A stretch of 57,492 bases of DNA from an uncultured Planctomycetales bacterium (GTDB lineage: Bacteria; Omnitrophota; Gorgyraeia; Gygaellales; Profunditerraquicolaceae). Of this stretch, positions 1 through 8,963 are shown piece after piece (the stretch's first letter is position 1; each line of letters starts with the position of its first letter). The stretch spans positions 1 through 57,492 of the forward strand of contig CAZJFL010000010.1 of the NCBI GenBank assembly GCA_964545575.1, read 5' to 3'. Below the pieces are notes generated by a model. The model had not been told where the DNA came from. It ran no database searches and saw nothing but the letters and a program-made list of their open reading frames with translations. Position numbers and translations under genes: made by a program.

Positions 1-1085
1 AGATAATGCACGCTTAAATTATCAAAATCTCCCAAGATGCCCAAACGCTCCCTGATCGAACGCTCAACCCGGGACAAGCCTATTCTGACCTGATTCTGGA
101 TCAGCTCTCCTACGGTTTTTACCCGGCGGTTTCCCAGGTGGTCTATATCGTCGATTTTACCGGCGCCTTCCTGAAGGTTAATCAAATATTCTATTACCTT
201 TATTACCGTGCCGGAATCAAGGATGCGTTTATCCAGCGAAACATCCATCCCTAATTTTCTGTTCAGTATAAACCTTCCGGCTCTTTCCAAATCATACCGG
301 TTGGGGTCAAAAAATAATCTATAAAATAATGCCTCTGCCGACTCTTTAGTCACCGGCTCGGTAGGCCGCATCTTGCGGTAAAAATCCAGGAGCGCTTCTT
401 CTTTATTTTTGGTGTAATCTTTTTTTAGGGTATTGGCGATCTCTTTGTACTCTTTGCCGAAGGCAGCAATGATCTCTGAATCCGTAGAAAATCCGAGGAT
501 CCTTAAAATCTGGGTGGCGGGGAAATTCCTGCGCCTGTCCACATAGACCAGAATCGTCTCTGCAAGGTCATATTTAAACTCCAGCCACACTCCGCGGTAA
601 GGAATAATCCGGCCGTAAAAGATCTTCTTGCCGGTAGGGTGAAGCTCCTCCTCAAAAGAGGCGCCCGGTGAACGCTGTAACTGGCTGACTACCACGCGCT
701 CATCGCCGTTAATAACAAAGCTTCCGGTTTCGGTCATCAGGGGCAGCTCTCCGAAATAGGCATCCTGCTCTTTTGTCTCAGCAGGAGTAGTAAGCCTGAA
801 CTTAACCTTGAGAGGCGCGGCAAAGGTAAGTGCCCGTCTTTTGGACTCGGCAATATCGTATTTTGGTTTTCCCAGCGAATAACTTACAAACTCCAGTTTT
901 ACCGAACGGTCGTTATTCTCAATAGGGAACATATCGGAAAACACCTCCTGCAGCCCCTGATTTTTCCTATCCTTGACAGGGATATCCATCTGCAGGAACT
1001 CATGGTAACTTTCTGTCTGTACATCCAGAAAGTTCGGGAGCTCATAAGACTCTTTGATTCTGGCAAAGTTTTTGCGTTTGGCCAT
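1..1085 (-). CDS. rpoB: RNA polymerase beta subunit, 5' part (runs off window)
   Basis: Manual translation MAKRKNFARIKESYELPNFLDVQ...GSFVINGDERVVVSQLQRSPG...DDIDHLGNRRVK; follows rplL. Confidence 0.97.
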   Translation of the reverse strand, partial: MAKRKNFARIKESYELPNFLDVQTESYHEFLQMDIPVKDRKNQGLQEVFSDMFPIENNDRSVKLEFVSYSLGKPKYDIAESKRRALTFAAPLKVKFRLTTPAETKEQDAYFGELPLMTETGSFVINGDERVVVSQLQRSPGASFEEELHPTGKKIFYGRIIPYRGVWLEFKYDLAETILVYVDRRRNFPATQILRILGFSTDSEIIAAFGKEYKEIANTLKKDYTKNKEEALLDFYRKMRPTEPVTKESAEALFYRLFFDPNRYDLERAGRFILNRKLGMDVSLDKRILDSGTVIKVIEYLINLQEGAGKIDDIDHLGNRRVKTVGELIQNQVRIGLSRVERSIRERLGILGDFDNLSVHY

Positions 1086-1108
1086 GGCTTTTACGTTACT
1101 GGCAATGC

Positions 1109-1498
1109 TTATTTAAGTTCTACTGTTGCGCCGGCTGCCTCAAGTTTCTTCTTCATCTCTTCTGCTTCCTCTTTAGGCACGCCTTCTTTTACCGGCTTGG
1201 GAGCGGCATCTACCAAGTCCTTGGCTTCTTTAAGCCCTAGACTCGTCATAGTGCGCACTTCCTTGATCACTGCAATTTTGCTAGCTCCGGCACTGGCTAA
1301 GACTACCGTAAAAGTGCTCTTCTCTTCTGCAGCTGCTGCGCCGCCGGCAGCAGGAGCAGCAGCTACCGCAGCCGCCATCATCGGCATATTCGCCTGCACG
1401 TCGAACTTCTCCTCCAGCGCCTTAACCAAATCCGAAAGCTCCAGCACCGTCATCCCTTCGATAGACTTGATCAATTCGGTTACTTTTTCTTCTGCCAT
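1109..1498 (-). CDS. rplL: 50S ribosomal protein L7/L12
   Basis: [19 protein letters not shown], Ala-rich hinge. Confidence 0.98.
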   Translation of the reverse strand: MAEEKVTELIKSIEGMTVLELSDLVKALEEKFDVQANMPMMAAAVAAAPAAGGAAAAEEKSTFTVVLASAGASKIAVIKEVRTMTSLGLKEAKDLVDAAPKPVKEGVPKEEAEEMKKKLEAAGATVELK

Positions 1499-1510
1499 TT
1501 TTATTCCTCC

Positions 1511-2050
1511 TTATTTTGCGCTTGCTTTTTTATTTTTTATCTGTTCTAAGCAATAAACAAATTTTCTTAAGGTCTGATTTAAAACCATCACCACCCCGGT
1601 GATCGGAGACTTAAGCATCATCACTACCTGTGCCCTTAATACAGCTTTGACGGGGAGCTTAGCCAGCATCTCGATATCTTTTTTATCCAGCATCTTGTCT
1701 TTATCTTTGAGCACCCCGCCCTGGAGCTTAAGTTGTTCGTGCGCCTTGAAGAAATCGTATAAAGCCTTTGAGGCAGCTACCGGCTCATCTTTGGCAAAGA
1801 CTATACCGCAGGGCCCTTCGATCAGAGCGACTAGAGGCGCGAGAACCGAGTCCTTAAAAGCCCGCCGGGCAACGCTGTTTTTTACCACCAGCATATCGGC
1901 ATGGGCGCTTTTTAAAGATAGCCTTAAAGACGTGATATCGGGGCTGCTGAGCCCGGAATAATTTACCACAAAGACGCTGTTAGAACCCTGAATGTTCGTT
2001 TTTATCTTTTTTTGCGAAGTCTCTTTAAAGATTAAGCCTAGTTTTTTCAT
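1511..2050 (-). CDS. rplJ: 50S ribosomal protein L10
   Basis: VVKNSVARRA motif; position between rplA and rplL. Confidence 0.95.
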   Translation of the reverse strand: MKKLGLIFKETSQKKIKTNIQGSNSVFVVNYSGLSSPDITSLRLSLKSAHADMLVVKNSVARRAFKDSVLAPLVALIEGPCGIVFAKDEPVAASKALYDFFKAHEQLKLQGGVLKDKDKMLDKKDIEMLAKLPVKAVLRAQVVMMLKSPITGVVMVLNQTLRKFVYCLEQIKNKKASAK

Positions 2051-2730
2051 TAGAAGTTAATCCTTGAGCCCGGATTCATGCTCGATGAAATAAAAAGACT
2101 CTTGATAAACTTACCCTTAACCGATGCCGGCTTTGCTTCATTTAAAGCCTCAATTACCCGGGAGGCATTTTCGTAGAGCTTGTTTTCGTCAAAAGAAATC
2201 TTTCCCACGGCCAGGTGTATGCCGCCCTGCTTATCCACCCTGAACTCAACCTTGCCTCTACGGACATCCTCAATGGCCTTGGCGATATCATTGGTGACTG
2301 TGCCGGTCTTGGGGCTAGGCATCAGTCCGCGCGGTCCTAAGACCTTGCCGAGCTTGCTTAAATCCTTCATCATCTCCGGGGTGGCAATAGCGCAATCAAA
2401 ATCCAGGAAGCCTGCGGCCACCTTATCGATTAAATCATTGGCGCCCACATAATCTGCGCCTGAATCGCGCGCCTGGCGCTCGTGTTCTCCTTTACAAAAA
2501 ACGGCAACGCGTACTTTTTTACCCGTCCCATGCGGAAGCACTACCGTGCCGCGCACCATCTGGTCTGATTTCTTGGAGTCGACGCCGAGGCTAAAATGTA
2601 AATCTACGGATCCGTCAAACTTTGGGGCAGCGAATTTCTTCAGGGTAGCAATGGCATCTTTTAAGCTGTAAGACCTTGCCCGGTCTATCTGCTTCTCTGA
2701 CTCTTTATATCTTTTACTGCGTTCCTTCAT
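2050..2730 (-). CDS. rplA: 50S ribosomal protein L1
   Basis: VRGTVVLPHGTGK, LGPRGLMPSPKTGTV. Confidence 0.98.
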   Translation of the reverse strand: MKERSKRYKESEKQIDRARSYSLKDAIATLKKFAAPKFDGSVDLHFSLGVDSKKSDQMVRGTVVLPHGTGKKVRVAVFCKGEHERQARDSGADYVGANDLIDKVAAGFLDFDCAIATPEMMKDLSKLGKVLGPRGLMPSPKTGTVTNDIAKAIEDVRRGKVEFRVDKQGGIHLAVGKISFDENKLYENASRVIEALNEAKPASVKGKFIKSLFISSSMNPGSRINF

Positions 2731-2733
2731 CGC

Positions 2734-3162
2734 TTATTTATCCTCAACGGTGATGCCCATGCTTCTGGCGGTACCGGTAATGATTTTGACAGCCGTGGCT
2801 AAATCCGAAGTATTGATATCCTTCATCTTCTGCTTGGCGATCTCTTCGACCTGCTTTTTGGTCACCGTCCCGATGACTTCCTTGCCCGCGGTTCCCGATG
2901 CCTTGGCTAAGTTTGCCGCCCTTTTTAGAAGCACCGACGACGGAGGGCTCTTGATAATAAAAGAAAAAGTCCGGTCTTCATAAACGCTGATCACCACCGG
3001 CAGTATCAGGCCGTCCCTGCCCTTGGTCTGGTCGTTAAACTGTTTGCAGAACTGCATGATATTTACGCCGTGCTGGCCTAAGGCCGGGCCGACCGGAGGC
3101 GCCGGATTTGCCTGCGCTGCCGGAACGTGTAATTTAATCTGTGCGGTTATCTTCTTTGCCAT
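2734..3162 (-). CDS. rplK: 50S ribosomal protein L11
   Basis: [26 protein letters not shown]. Confidence 0.98.
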   Translation of the reverse strand: MAKKITAQIKLHVPAAQANPAPPVGPALGQHGVNIMQFCKQFNDQTKGRDGLILPVVISVYEDRTFSFIIKSPPSSVLLKRAANLAKASGTAGKEVIGTVTKKQVEEIAKQKMKDINTSDLATAVKIITGTARSMGITVEDK

Positions 3163-3166
3163 AGGG

Positions 3167-3694
3167 CTATACTTTCTCTACCTGCCAGTATTCTAATTCT
3201 ACGGGTGTCGCCCTGCCGAAAATAGAAACGCTCACCTTTATCTTGCCTTTTTCCGGGTGGATCTCATCGATAGTGCCGTTAAAATTGACGAACGGCCCGT
3301 CGTTGACTCTAACCTGCTCCCCCTTCTCAAAGATAATCTTGGGGCTAGGCTTTACCTGCGTCTCTTCGGTCCTCTTTAAAATATTGTCTACTTCCGCCTG
3401 CGGCAGGGGCATGGGTTTCCTGCCCAAACCGATAAACCCGGTAACCCCGGGAGTGCTCTTAATAATTAAATAGGTATTTTCGTTTAACTCCATCTCCACA
3501 ATCAGGTAGCCCGGAAAAAATTTCCGCTGCGATATCCTTTTCTTTCCCGAACGCACCTCCGAGATCTGCTCCGTGGGTATGATCACCTTGCTGATGAGCT
3601 CCTGCAGATTGCCCAGAGCGATCTTCTTCTCCAAGGAAGTCTTGACCTTGTCTTCTAAACCTGTCTGGGTATGCACCACGTACCAGTTCTTCAT
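3167..3694 (-). CDS. nusG: Transcription termination/antitermination factor NusG
   Basis: WYVVHT, FPGY, KOW domain, [10 protein letters not shown]. Confidence 0.98.
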   Translation of the reverse strand: MKNWYVVHTQTGLEDKVKTSLEKKIALGNLQELISKVIIPTEQISEVRSGKKRISQRKFFPGYLIVEMELNENTYLIIKSTPGVTGFIGLGRKPMPLPQAEVDNILKRTEETQVKPSPKIIFEKGEQVRVNDGPFVNFNGTIDEIHPEKGKIKVSVSIFGRATPVELEYWQVEKV

Positions 3695-3882
3695 TTAAAG
3701 ATTAAACTTAAGCCCTTGGAAAGCGCGAGATCGACTACGCCGATAAATAACGCCATGATTAAGGTAATCACTATCACTACTACCGTTGCGCCCATTAATT
3801 CTTCGCGGCTGGACCATGATACTTTTTTAAGCTCCTCTATTACCTGGATAAAAAAAGTTTTAATTTTATTGATAATATTCAC
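3691..3882 (-). CDS. secE: Preprotein translocase SecE
   Basis: ELKKVSW motif plus one TM helix, upstream of nusG. Confidence 0.95.
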   Translation of the reverse strand: MNIINKIKTFFIQVIEELKKVSWSSREELMGATVVVIVITLIMALFIGVVDLALSKGLSLIFK

Positions 3883-3900
3883 TTGATACCTCTTACTATA

Positions 3901-3971
3901 CAGGAGCGGCAGGAGTCGAACCTGCAGTCACGGTTTTGGAGACCGTTGGTTTGCCATTAACCGACGCTCCT
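3901..3971 (-). tRNA. tRNA-Trp (CCA)
   Basis: Cloverleaf AGGAGCG...CGCTCCT, anticodon loop CT-CCA-AA, GTTCGA T-loop; 3' CCA not encoded. Confidence 0.95.
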
Positions 3972-4033
3972 ATTACCTCTTTCAATCTTTTTATCAATAC
4001 TGCCTTTGTCGCTTCTGTATAAAAAATACGCTG

Positions 4034-4183
4034 CTATTTTGTTTCTTTGTGCGGCGTATGTTTACGGCAAAATTTACAGAACTTATTAATTTGGAGCCGG
4101 TCCTGATGCAGCTTTTTATTTTTTGTGCCCGTGTAATTTCTGTTTTTACAGACCGTGCACTCTAAAGTGATTATTTCGCGCAT
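4034..4183 (-). CDS. rpmG: 50S ribosomal protein L33 (Zn-binding type), absent from ORF track
   Basis: Manual translation [49 protein letters not shown]. Confidence 0.96.
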   Translation of the reverse strand: MREIITLECTVCKNRNYTGTKNKKLHQDRLQINKFCKFCRKHTPHKETK

Positions 4184-4189
4184 AGGATA

Positions 4190-4333
4190 ATGAGTCCCCG
4201 CTTATCTTCGGGACGAATTGTGCATCTCGTTTCCTGCGATTATGCTATGGAAACTCGATGTAAGTTCGCACAAATAAGTTATGTCGGTTAGCTATAGTTA
4301 AATAGCCGCCTCCATAACTTATGTGCTCACTTA
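4190..4333. repeat. Cluster of three REP-like hairpins
   Basis: e.g. AAGTTCGCACAAATAAGTTAT...ATAACTTATGTGCTCACTT; related copy at 32334-32394. Confidence 0.65.
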
Positions 4334-4334
4334 A

Positions 4335-4407
4335 AGCTGGAGACGGGAATCGAACCCGTGACCCCGTCCTTACCAAGGACGTGCTCTACCAACTGAGCTA
4401 CTCCAGC
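4335..4407 (-). tRNA. tRNA-Thr (GGT)
   Basis: GCTGGAG acceptor stem, TAGCTCAGTTGGTAGAGC D arm, CT-T-GGT-AA loop, GGTTCGATTCC. Confidence 0.96.
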
Positions 4408-4571
4408 AACGGACAGTCACAGATTCAGCGCTCTTTTCTCCAGGGCCTTGAAAATGTATCTTAAAAAGATAAAAAAAAATCCACCCCAGAGAATTTATAT
4501 ACAAATTCTCTGTCTTTTTTTTATAAACTAATGGTTCGGTGGGTGAATCCTACGATTTATGTAGAAAGGAG

Positions 4572-4600
4572 AGTATATATTAAAAAACGCGGTTTGTCAA
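4572..4600 (-). promoter_or_regulatory. Sigma70 promoter of tRNA-Thr/ribosomal operon
   Basis: TTGACA-17 bp-TATACT. Confidence 0.75.
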
Positions 4601-4630
4601 TATTTTTTTTACTTTTTTATTGCCATAGGG

Positions 4631-5050
4631 TTACGTCTCTGCTGGGCTCACCCTGGCACGCAACCGTTTTTTAAGAGAGTGCCTCCGTTTTACCTCCAGC
4701 ATCTTTAATTTTGCCCGCCTTGACCTTTTGCGCTTTTGCCGGCGTATCTTTTCGATGCGTTTACGCTCTTCTAGGGAATTACCTAAAATACGGGTTTCGA
4801 TTTTCTTAAGCAGGATTATCCTGGCGCGGTAACGGTTCAGCGCCTGCGAGCGCTCCTCTTGGCACTTTACCTCAATGCCGCTGGGGATATGCTTTAAATA
4901 TACGCAGCTGGAGGTCTTATTTACCTTCTGCCCGCCGGGGCCCTGGGAGCGGATAAATTTCTCCACCAGATCATCACTTCTTATACCCAGGCGCGCCATG
5001 CGCTCTAGTAACAACTTTTCTTTATCCAACCTCAAGCTAAAATCAGCCAT
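4631..5050 (-). CDS. RF-1 domain peptidyl-tRNA hydrolase (ArfB/YaeJ-like ribosome rescue factor)
   Basis: GPGGQKVNK motif, ERSQALNR, basic C-terminal tail. Confidence 0.88.
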   Translation of the reverse strand: MADFSLRLDKEKLLLERMARLGIRSDDLVEKFIRSQGPGGQKVNKTSSCVYLKHIPSGIEVKCQEERSQALNRYRARIILLKKIETRILGNSLEERKRIEKIRRQKRKRSRRAKLKMLEVKRRHSLKKRLRARVSPAET

Positions 5051-5068
5051 AGCTTATGCTCTTTGTGG

Positions 5069-5725
5069 TTAAGATATTTCCGCCTCTAACTTCCTGATTA
5101 AACTTACCGCTTCCTTAAGCAGAGGCAGAGGCAGAAGTTTTAAGGTTTCTATTTCCCGCTCCAACGACTTCAGAGTACCGATAAACCTCTTCACCGTGGC
5201 TATCTTTTTCTTCTGCCGCGCCTCCTCCGGTTCAAATTCCTGCCGCTCTCTGATCAGGGCGCTTAAATCTTTGCGCGCATCCCTGGCATCCCTGCCTTTT
5301 TCGAAAATAGATTCTTTAAGGCTCTGGTAATCTTTTTCATCGAGAGTTTTTTTGTTTTTCGCCATGCGCAATACGTCGACGGACTCGTAGGTCGGCAGAG
5401 AACCTGCCTCTGCCGATGCGGTATAATCTTCTCTTAAGTAACCGGGCTCTTCTTTTTCCAAAAAATAATAAGACCTTAAAAGTTTCATTGCAGTCTGTTT
5501 TTTGATGCCGATCTCGCGCGCCGTATACGATTCAATACTATTGTAGCCCCATTCTTTATACAATTTGTCCTTCCATACCGAATAAAGCGCCTGGCCCAAA
5601 CTGATCCAGGAAGTCTTAAAAAGCCTGGCGCTTTCTAAGATCCGGTACCTTAAAGAGCCGCTGTCTATATTCTCCATTTTCTCTTCGATATTTCTTAGCG
5701 ATTTAGTCTTTCTAAGGTTATCCAT
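5069..5725 (-). CDS. Hypothetical helical protein, possible DNA-binding
   Basis: 218 aa; LYKEWGYNSIESY...EIGIKKQTAMKL segment. Confidence 0.7.
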   Translation of the reverse strand: MDNLRKTKSLRNIEEKMENIDSGSLRYRILESARLFKTSWISLGQALYSVWKDKLYKEWGYNSIESYTAREIGIKKQTAMKLLRSYYFLEKEEPGYLREDYTASAEAGSLPTYESVDVLRMAKNKKTLDEKDYQSLKESIFEKGRDARDARKDLSALIRERQEFEPEEARQKKKIATVKRFIGTLKSLEREIETLKLLPLPLLKEAVSLIRKLEAEIS

Positions 5726-5759
5726 ATTCCTGCCTTTCTAAGTAAAACCCCCCGGATTC

Positions 5760-6146
5760 TTAAGCGATAAGCTGGGCCAGTTTTTTAGGATCCCAGCGGT
5801 AAAATTTTAAGTTTTCTTCCCTGATTACTGCGGGTAAGGTCGCACTCTCTACCTTCTTCAAGGCCATGGCGATTATTTTATTGCCTTTATTACGCGTCTT
5901 TTGCAGTGCGCAATCAACCCGCCTGCTTTTATGGGTATTTTCTCCTATCAGGCAGACGGTAATATCAGAGCGGACTATTTTTTCTCCGATTGCGCGCCTG
6001 GCGGGCTCGGTTAATTCGCCACCGCATTCATCTGTGGCTGAGCCGTCATAAAAATCCAGGCTATATTGCGGATTTTCCAAGAGAGGCATCAGGTCTTTGG
6101 CCTGTTTTGCATCCTCTTCGGCAAAGCTTAAAAAAACAGCCTTCAT
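5760..6146 (-). CDS. Stand-alone TIR domain protein (MTH538/ThsB-like), catalytic motif degenerate
   Basis: VFLSF, SDITVCLIGENTHKS..VD, Y.WD pattern. Confidence 0.75.
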   Translation of the reverse strand: MKAVFLSFAEEDAKQAKDLMPLLENPQYSLDFYDGSATDECGGELTEPARRAIGEKIVRSDITVCLIGENTHKSRRVDCALQKTRNKGNKIIAMALKKVESATLPAVIREENLKFYRWDPKKLAQLIA

Positions 6147-6686
6147 CTATTCTTTGATAAACTTATCCCCTGACCAGACCCAGACATCCCAGTCGGTCAT
6201 GTTACTGGAAGAACAATCCGCGTATCCGCGTTTAGGCTTGCCTACTTTTACCCTGCCTAAAACCGAACTGAAATCCGTCTCGATAGCGCATGTGCTTGCT
6301 ACCTCAAAGACTTTGCTTAATTTTTCGTTTTTGAAACTATAGATAACCAGGTTAGAGTTATTGCCTTTATCGTCGTAATGAATAGCCATCTGTTTGTAGC
6401 CGTCTCCTTTTAAATCAATGAGCTCTATTTTCCTGAAACGCCCGGGGACGCAGAGGCTCGCCACCTCCTGCTTGGCGGGCTTGGGCCTGGTAATCGTAAT
6501 CAAAACATCCGAACCCGTGCCTTGCCTATCTTCTACCAGAATAATTTCCTGCGCGCCGTCATTATCTAAATCCAGCTTGCTGATGCTGACTATTTTTTTT
6601 CCTTTTATAAACTGGGTATCGGTGGCGCAGCCGCTCGCTGCTAAAGCCACAAGAATAATTACCGTAATCAGATATTTTATTTTCAT
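6147..6686 (-). CDS. Putative lipoprotein with Ca-binding FG-GAP-like motifs
   Basis: Lipobox ASGC; DLDNDGAQE, DLKGDGYKQ. Confidence 0.7.
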   Translation of the reverse strand: MKIKYLITVIILVALAASGCATDTQFIKGKKIVSISKLDLDNDGAQEIILVEDRQGTGSDVLITITRPKPAKQEVASLCVPGRFRKIELIDLKGDGYKQMAIHYDDKGNNSNLVIYSFKNEKLSKVFEVASTCAIETDFSSVLGRVKVGKPKRGYADCSSSNMTDWDVWVWSGDKFIKE

Positions 6687-6699
6687 ACACTCCTCTTTT

Positions 6700-7383
6700 T
6701 TATTTGTATTTATTCAAAACCCCAAGCACCCCCCCTGCTGTTTTGGGCATCGGGGCTAAATTACCGGTGAGTATTTCTTTGGCCGAAAGCTTTTTCCCGT
6801 AAAGCTCTTCGTTGCCGGACCAGTGCTGTGCCAAGACATCGCCTGTAAGCTTCACTCCGGCAAATAACCCGCGGCTTCTGGAATAAGATAAAATACCCCC
6901 CTTCAGTTGAATGTCCGCCGCTGCTTCGGCATTGCGGCCGACGGGCCCCGCAGAAACCGCTGCATCCGCCCCCAGTTTAAACTTACCCTGCAGCAGGCCG
7001 TCTACGCTTCTTCTATTCATCACCAGCAAAACAAAATCCGTAGCCTGGCCCCCGATCTGAAAACCTATGCTTCCGCCGGCGATGGTAAAAATAGCCGGGC
7101 TTGACCAAGCTTTGGTCTTTGCGTCGCGCACCATAATTATACCCTGCCCGTATTTACCGCCTATCCCTAATCCGGCGGAAATAGTGGAAGGGAATATCGC
7201 AATCGCCGAGCAATTCTTAAGCAGGTCTTCCGGGATGCTCTGATCAGGCATCATCTGTACCTCGCTTAATACCTTACCCGCCTCCTCTACCAGGGCTTCC
7301 CATTTATTCTCTGCGCGCGCTGCGGTAGAAAACACAAAAGACGCCAAAGCCGCCAGGGTAATCAAAAGCATAACTTTTTTCAT
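6700..7383 (-). CDS. Lipid-binding SYLF/Ysc84 domain protein (secreted)
   Basis: Start reassigned to MKKVMLL; GGSIGFQIGGQATDFV, YSRSRGLFAG. Confidence 0.9.
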   Translation of the reverse strand: MKKVMLLITLAALASFVFSTAARAENKWEALVEEAGKVLSEVQMMPDQSIPEDLLKNCSAIAIFPSTISAGLGIGGKYGQGIIMVRDAKTKAWSSPAIFTIAGGSIGFQIGGQATDFVLLVMNRRSVDGLLQGKFKLGADAAVSAGPVGRNAEAAADIQLKGGILSYSRSRGLFAGVKLTGDVLAQHWSGNEELYGKKLSAKEILTGNLAPMPKTAGGVLGVLNKYK

Positions 7384-7402
7384 CTTTATCTCGTCCTTTC
7401 TT

Positions 7403-7876
7403 TTAGCGATATTCCCAGTGCCCGGGTATCCAGCGGCCGTGCGGGCCGTGACGACCGGAAATCCAAACCTTATTTGTCGGCGAAAAGGTATTCTTTTCCC
7501 AGCGGCCGGGAACCCATTTGCCAAAGTTATTCCAGTGACCGGGAATCCAGTGTTTTCCGGCGGTAGCCTCCTCTATTTTCCAGTGGCCCGCTATCCAGGC
7601 ACCCTGAGTATTCCAATGGCCCGCTATCCAGACCGCTGCCTCTCCTTGAGGCGGTTCCACTTTGCTCCAGTATCCGGCTACCCAGTTGCCCCGATTATCC
7701 CAGTGCCCGGGAACCCATTCCCAGGGAGAAGAATTATCCGGAAGGTTAGCCTTCACCCATCTTCCGGAAACATGATTCCACGGCCCCGCCGGTATCGCTA
7801 TCTCGGCGTTGGCGCAAACACGAAAGAGAAAAAAGATAGCGCATAGCAATAAAGCTAGCCTGCTAATCTTTTTCAT
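7403..7876 (-). CDS. Secreted WXXGXW (YXWGXW) repeat protein
   Basis: Signal peptide plus about 8 W(V/I)xG(H/Y/R)W repeats. Confidence 0.85.
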   Translation of the reverse strand: MKKISRLALLLCAIFFLFRVCANAEIAIPAGPWNHVSGRWVKANLPDNSSPWEWVPGHWDNRGNWVAGYWSKVEPPQGEAAVWIAGHWNTQGAWIAGHWKIEEATAGKHWIPGHWNNFGKWVPGRWEKNTFSPTNKVWISGRHGPHGRWIPGHWEYR

Positions 7877-7904
7877 TACCCTTGCCTCCTTCCTGAATCT
7901 TTAC

Positions 7905-8963
7905 CTACTTTTTATTTTTCTTAAAAAATTGCCTGAACTGGTCTACAGTATCGGCGATATTTCCGATGACTTTTGCCGGAGGCTGATTCGCCAGATTCTG
8001 CACCGCGGCCTTGGCAATGGTGCCTTTTAATTTGGAGATAATCAGGCGCGGATTATCAAGTTTGGTCTTGACGGTAAAATCTAAGCTGATCTTGCCCTGC
8101 GAGTTTGTAAAAAGGTCCAGGGCGCTGGTAAAAAAATCCGGGATCTTGGACTCCTCTTTGTTGGGTTCTTCTTTTAGGTATACTAAATCCGAAATCTCCA
8201 GGTGGCACTGCGCAACCAAATCATTGCGTTTGGCACTCATCTCGGAAACGAAGTCTAAGTTTGCGGCGAGGAGTTTCTTTTCGGAAATAAAATTGCCGTA
8301 ATAAGGCTCGAAGTAAGTGACATCCAGTCCAGAGATGCGTAAATCTCCGTCCATATCTTTAGGGCCAAAATCGACCCAGCCTGACCCTCTGACATTTCCT
8401 AACTTTCTATCTTTCGGGTCGACGAAAATAGCGGATACTTTATACCCGAAGCGCAGCGATAACGGCAGGAGGCCTGCTTTATAGATCTTCAGGTCCAGGG
8501 ATTTCAGGATAGTTTTATAACCCTCCGGGCTTATTTTCTTATCGCTAAAAATCAGCGTTCCGTCTTCGATAATCAATGCCGTTGCCAATAGGGGCGGAAC
8601 TTTCCCCTTTAATTCTGACTTCGGCAGGTTTAACTTACCATCTGCTAAGTATTCTAAGGTTATGACCGGCTTGACGAATCTTAAGTTATCCAATATCACC
8701 CTGCCTGCCAGAAGACCCAATAGATTAGGCGAGAAAGAAACTTCTTGCGCGGTAAGCAAGTTCTCTACGGATAATCCGGTTAGGGTCACTGAAAGCGGCG
8801 GGCTGAAAGCCACCTTTTCTATCTTTACTTTTCTTTTCAGGTTTTTTTCGATTTGGCTGGTCAAGACCTGCCTGCCGTAGAAAGAAATGAAGATGCCCAA
8901 AATTAGAATAAAAATAGTCAGTACCGCCAGGACTACGATCAGGATCTTAACTATTATTTTCAT
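7905..8963 (-). CDS. AsmA/DUF748-like protein
   Basis: N-terminal TM anchor, beta-rich, AsmA_N-like pattern. Confidence 0.7.
   Translation of the reverse strand: MKIIVKILIVVLAVLTIFILILGIFISFYGRQVLTSQIEKNLKRKVKIEKVAFSPPLSVTLTGLSVENLLTAQEVSFSPNLLGLLAGRVILDNLRFVKPVITLEYLADGKLNLPKSELKGKVPPLLATALIIEDGTLIFSDKKISPEGYKTILKSLDLKIYKAGLLPLSLRFGYKVSAIFVDPKDRKLGNVRGSGWVDFGPKDMDGDLRISGLDVTYFEPYYGNFISEKKLLAANLDFVSEMSAKRNDLVAQCHLEISDLVYLKEEPNKEESKIPDFFTSALDLFTNSQGKISLDFTVKTKLDNPRLIISKLKGTIAKAAVQNLANQPPAKVIGNIADTVDQFRQFFKKNKK

Noticed and set aside
4262-4289. dif/pdif site
   Set aside because: Partial resemblance only (TTATGT), arm spacing is off, and it is better explained as one arm of a hairpin family
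5760-6146. Functional Thoeris system
   Set aside because: No ThsA-type effector nearby and the catalytic Glu is absent
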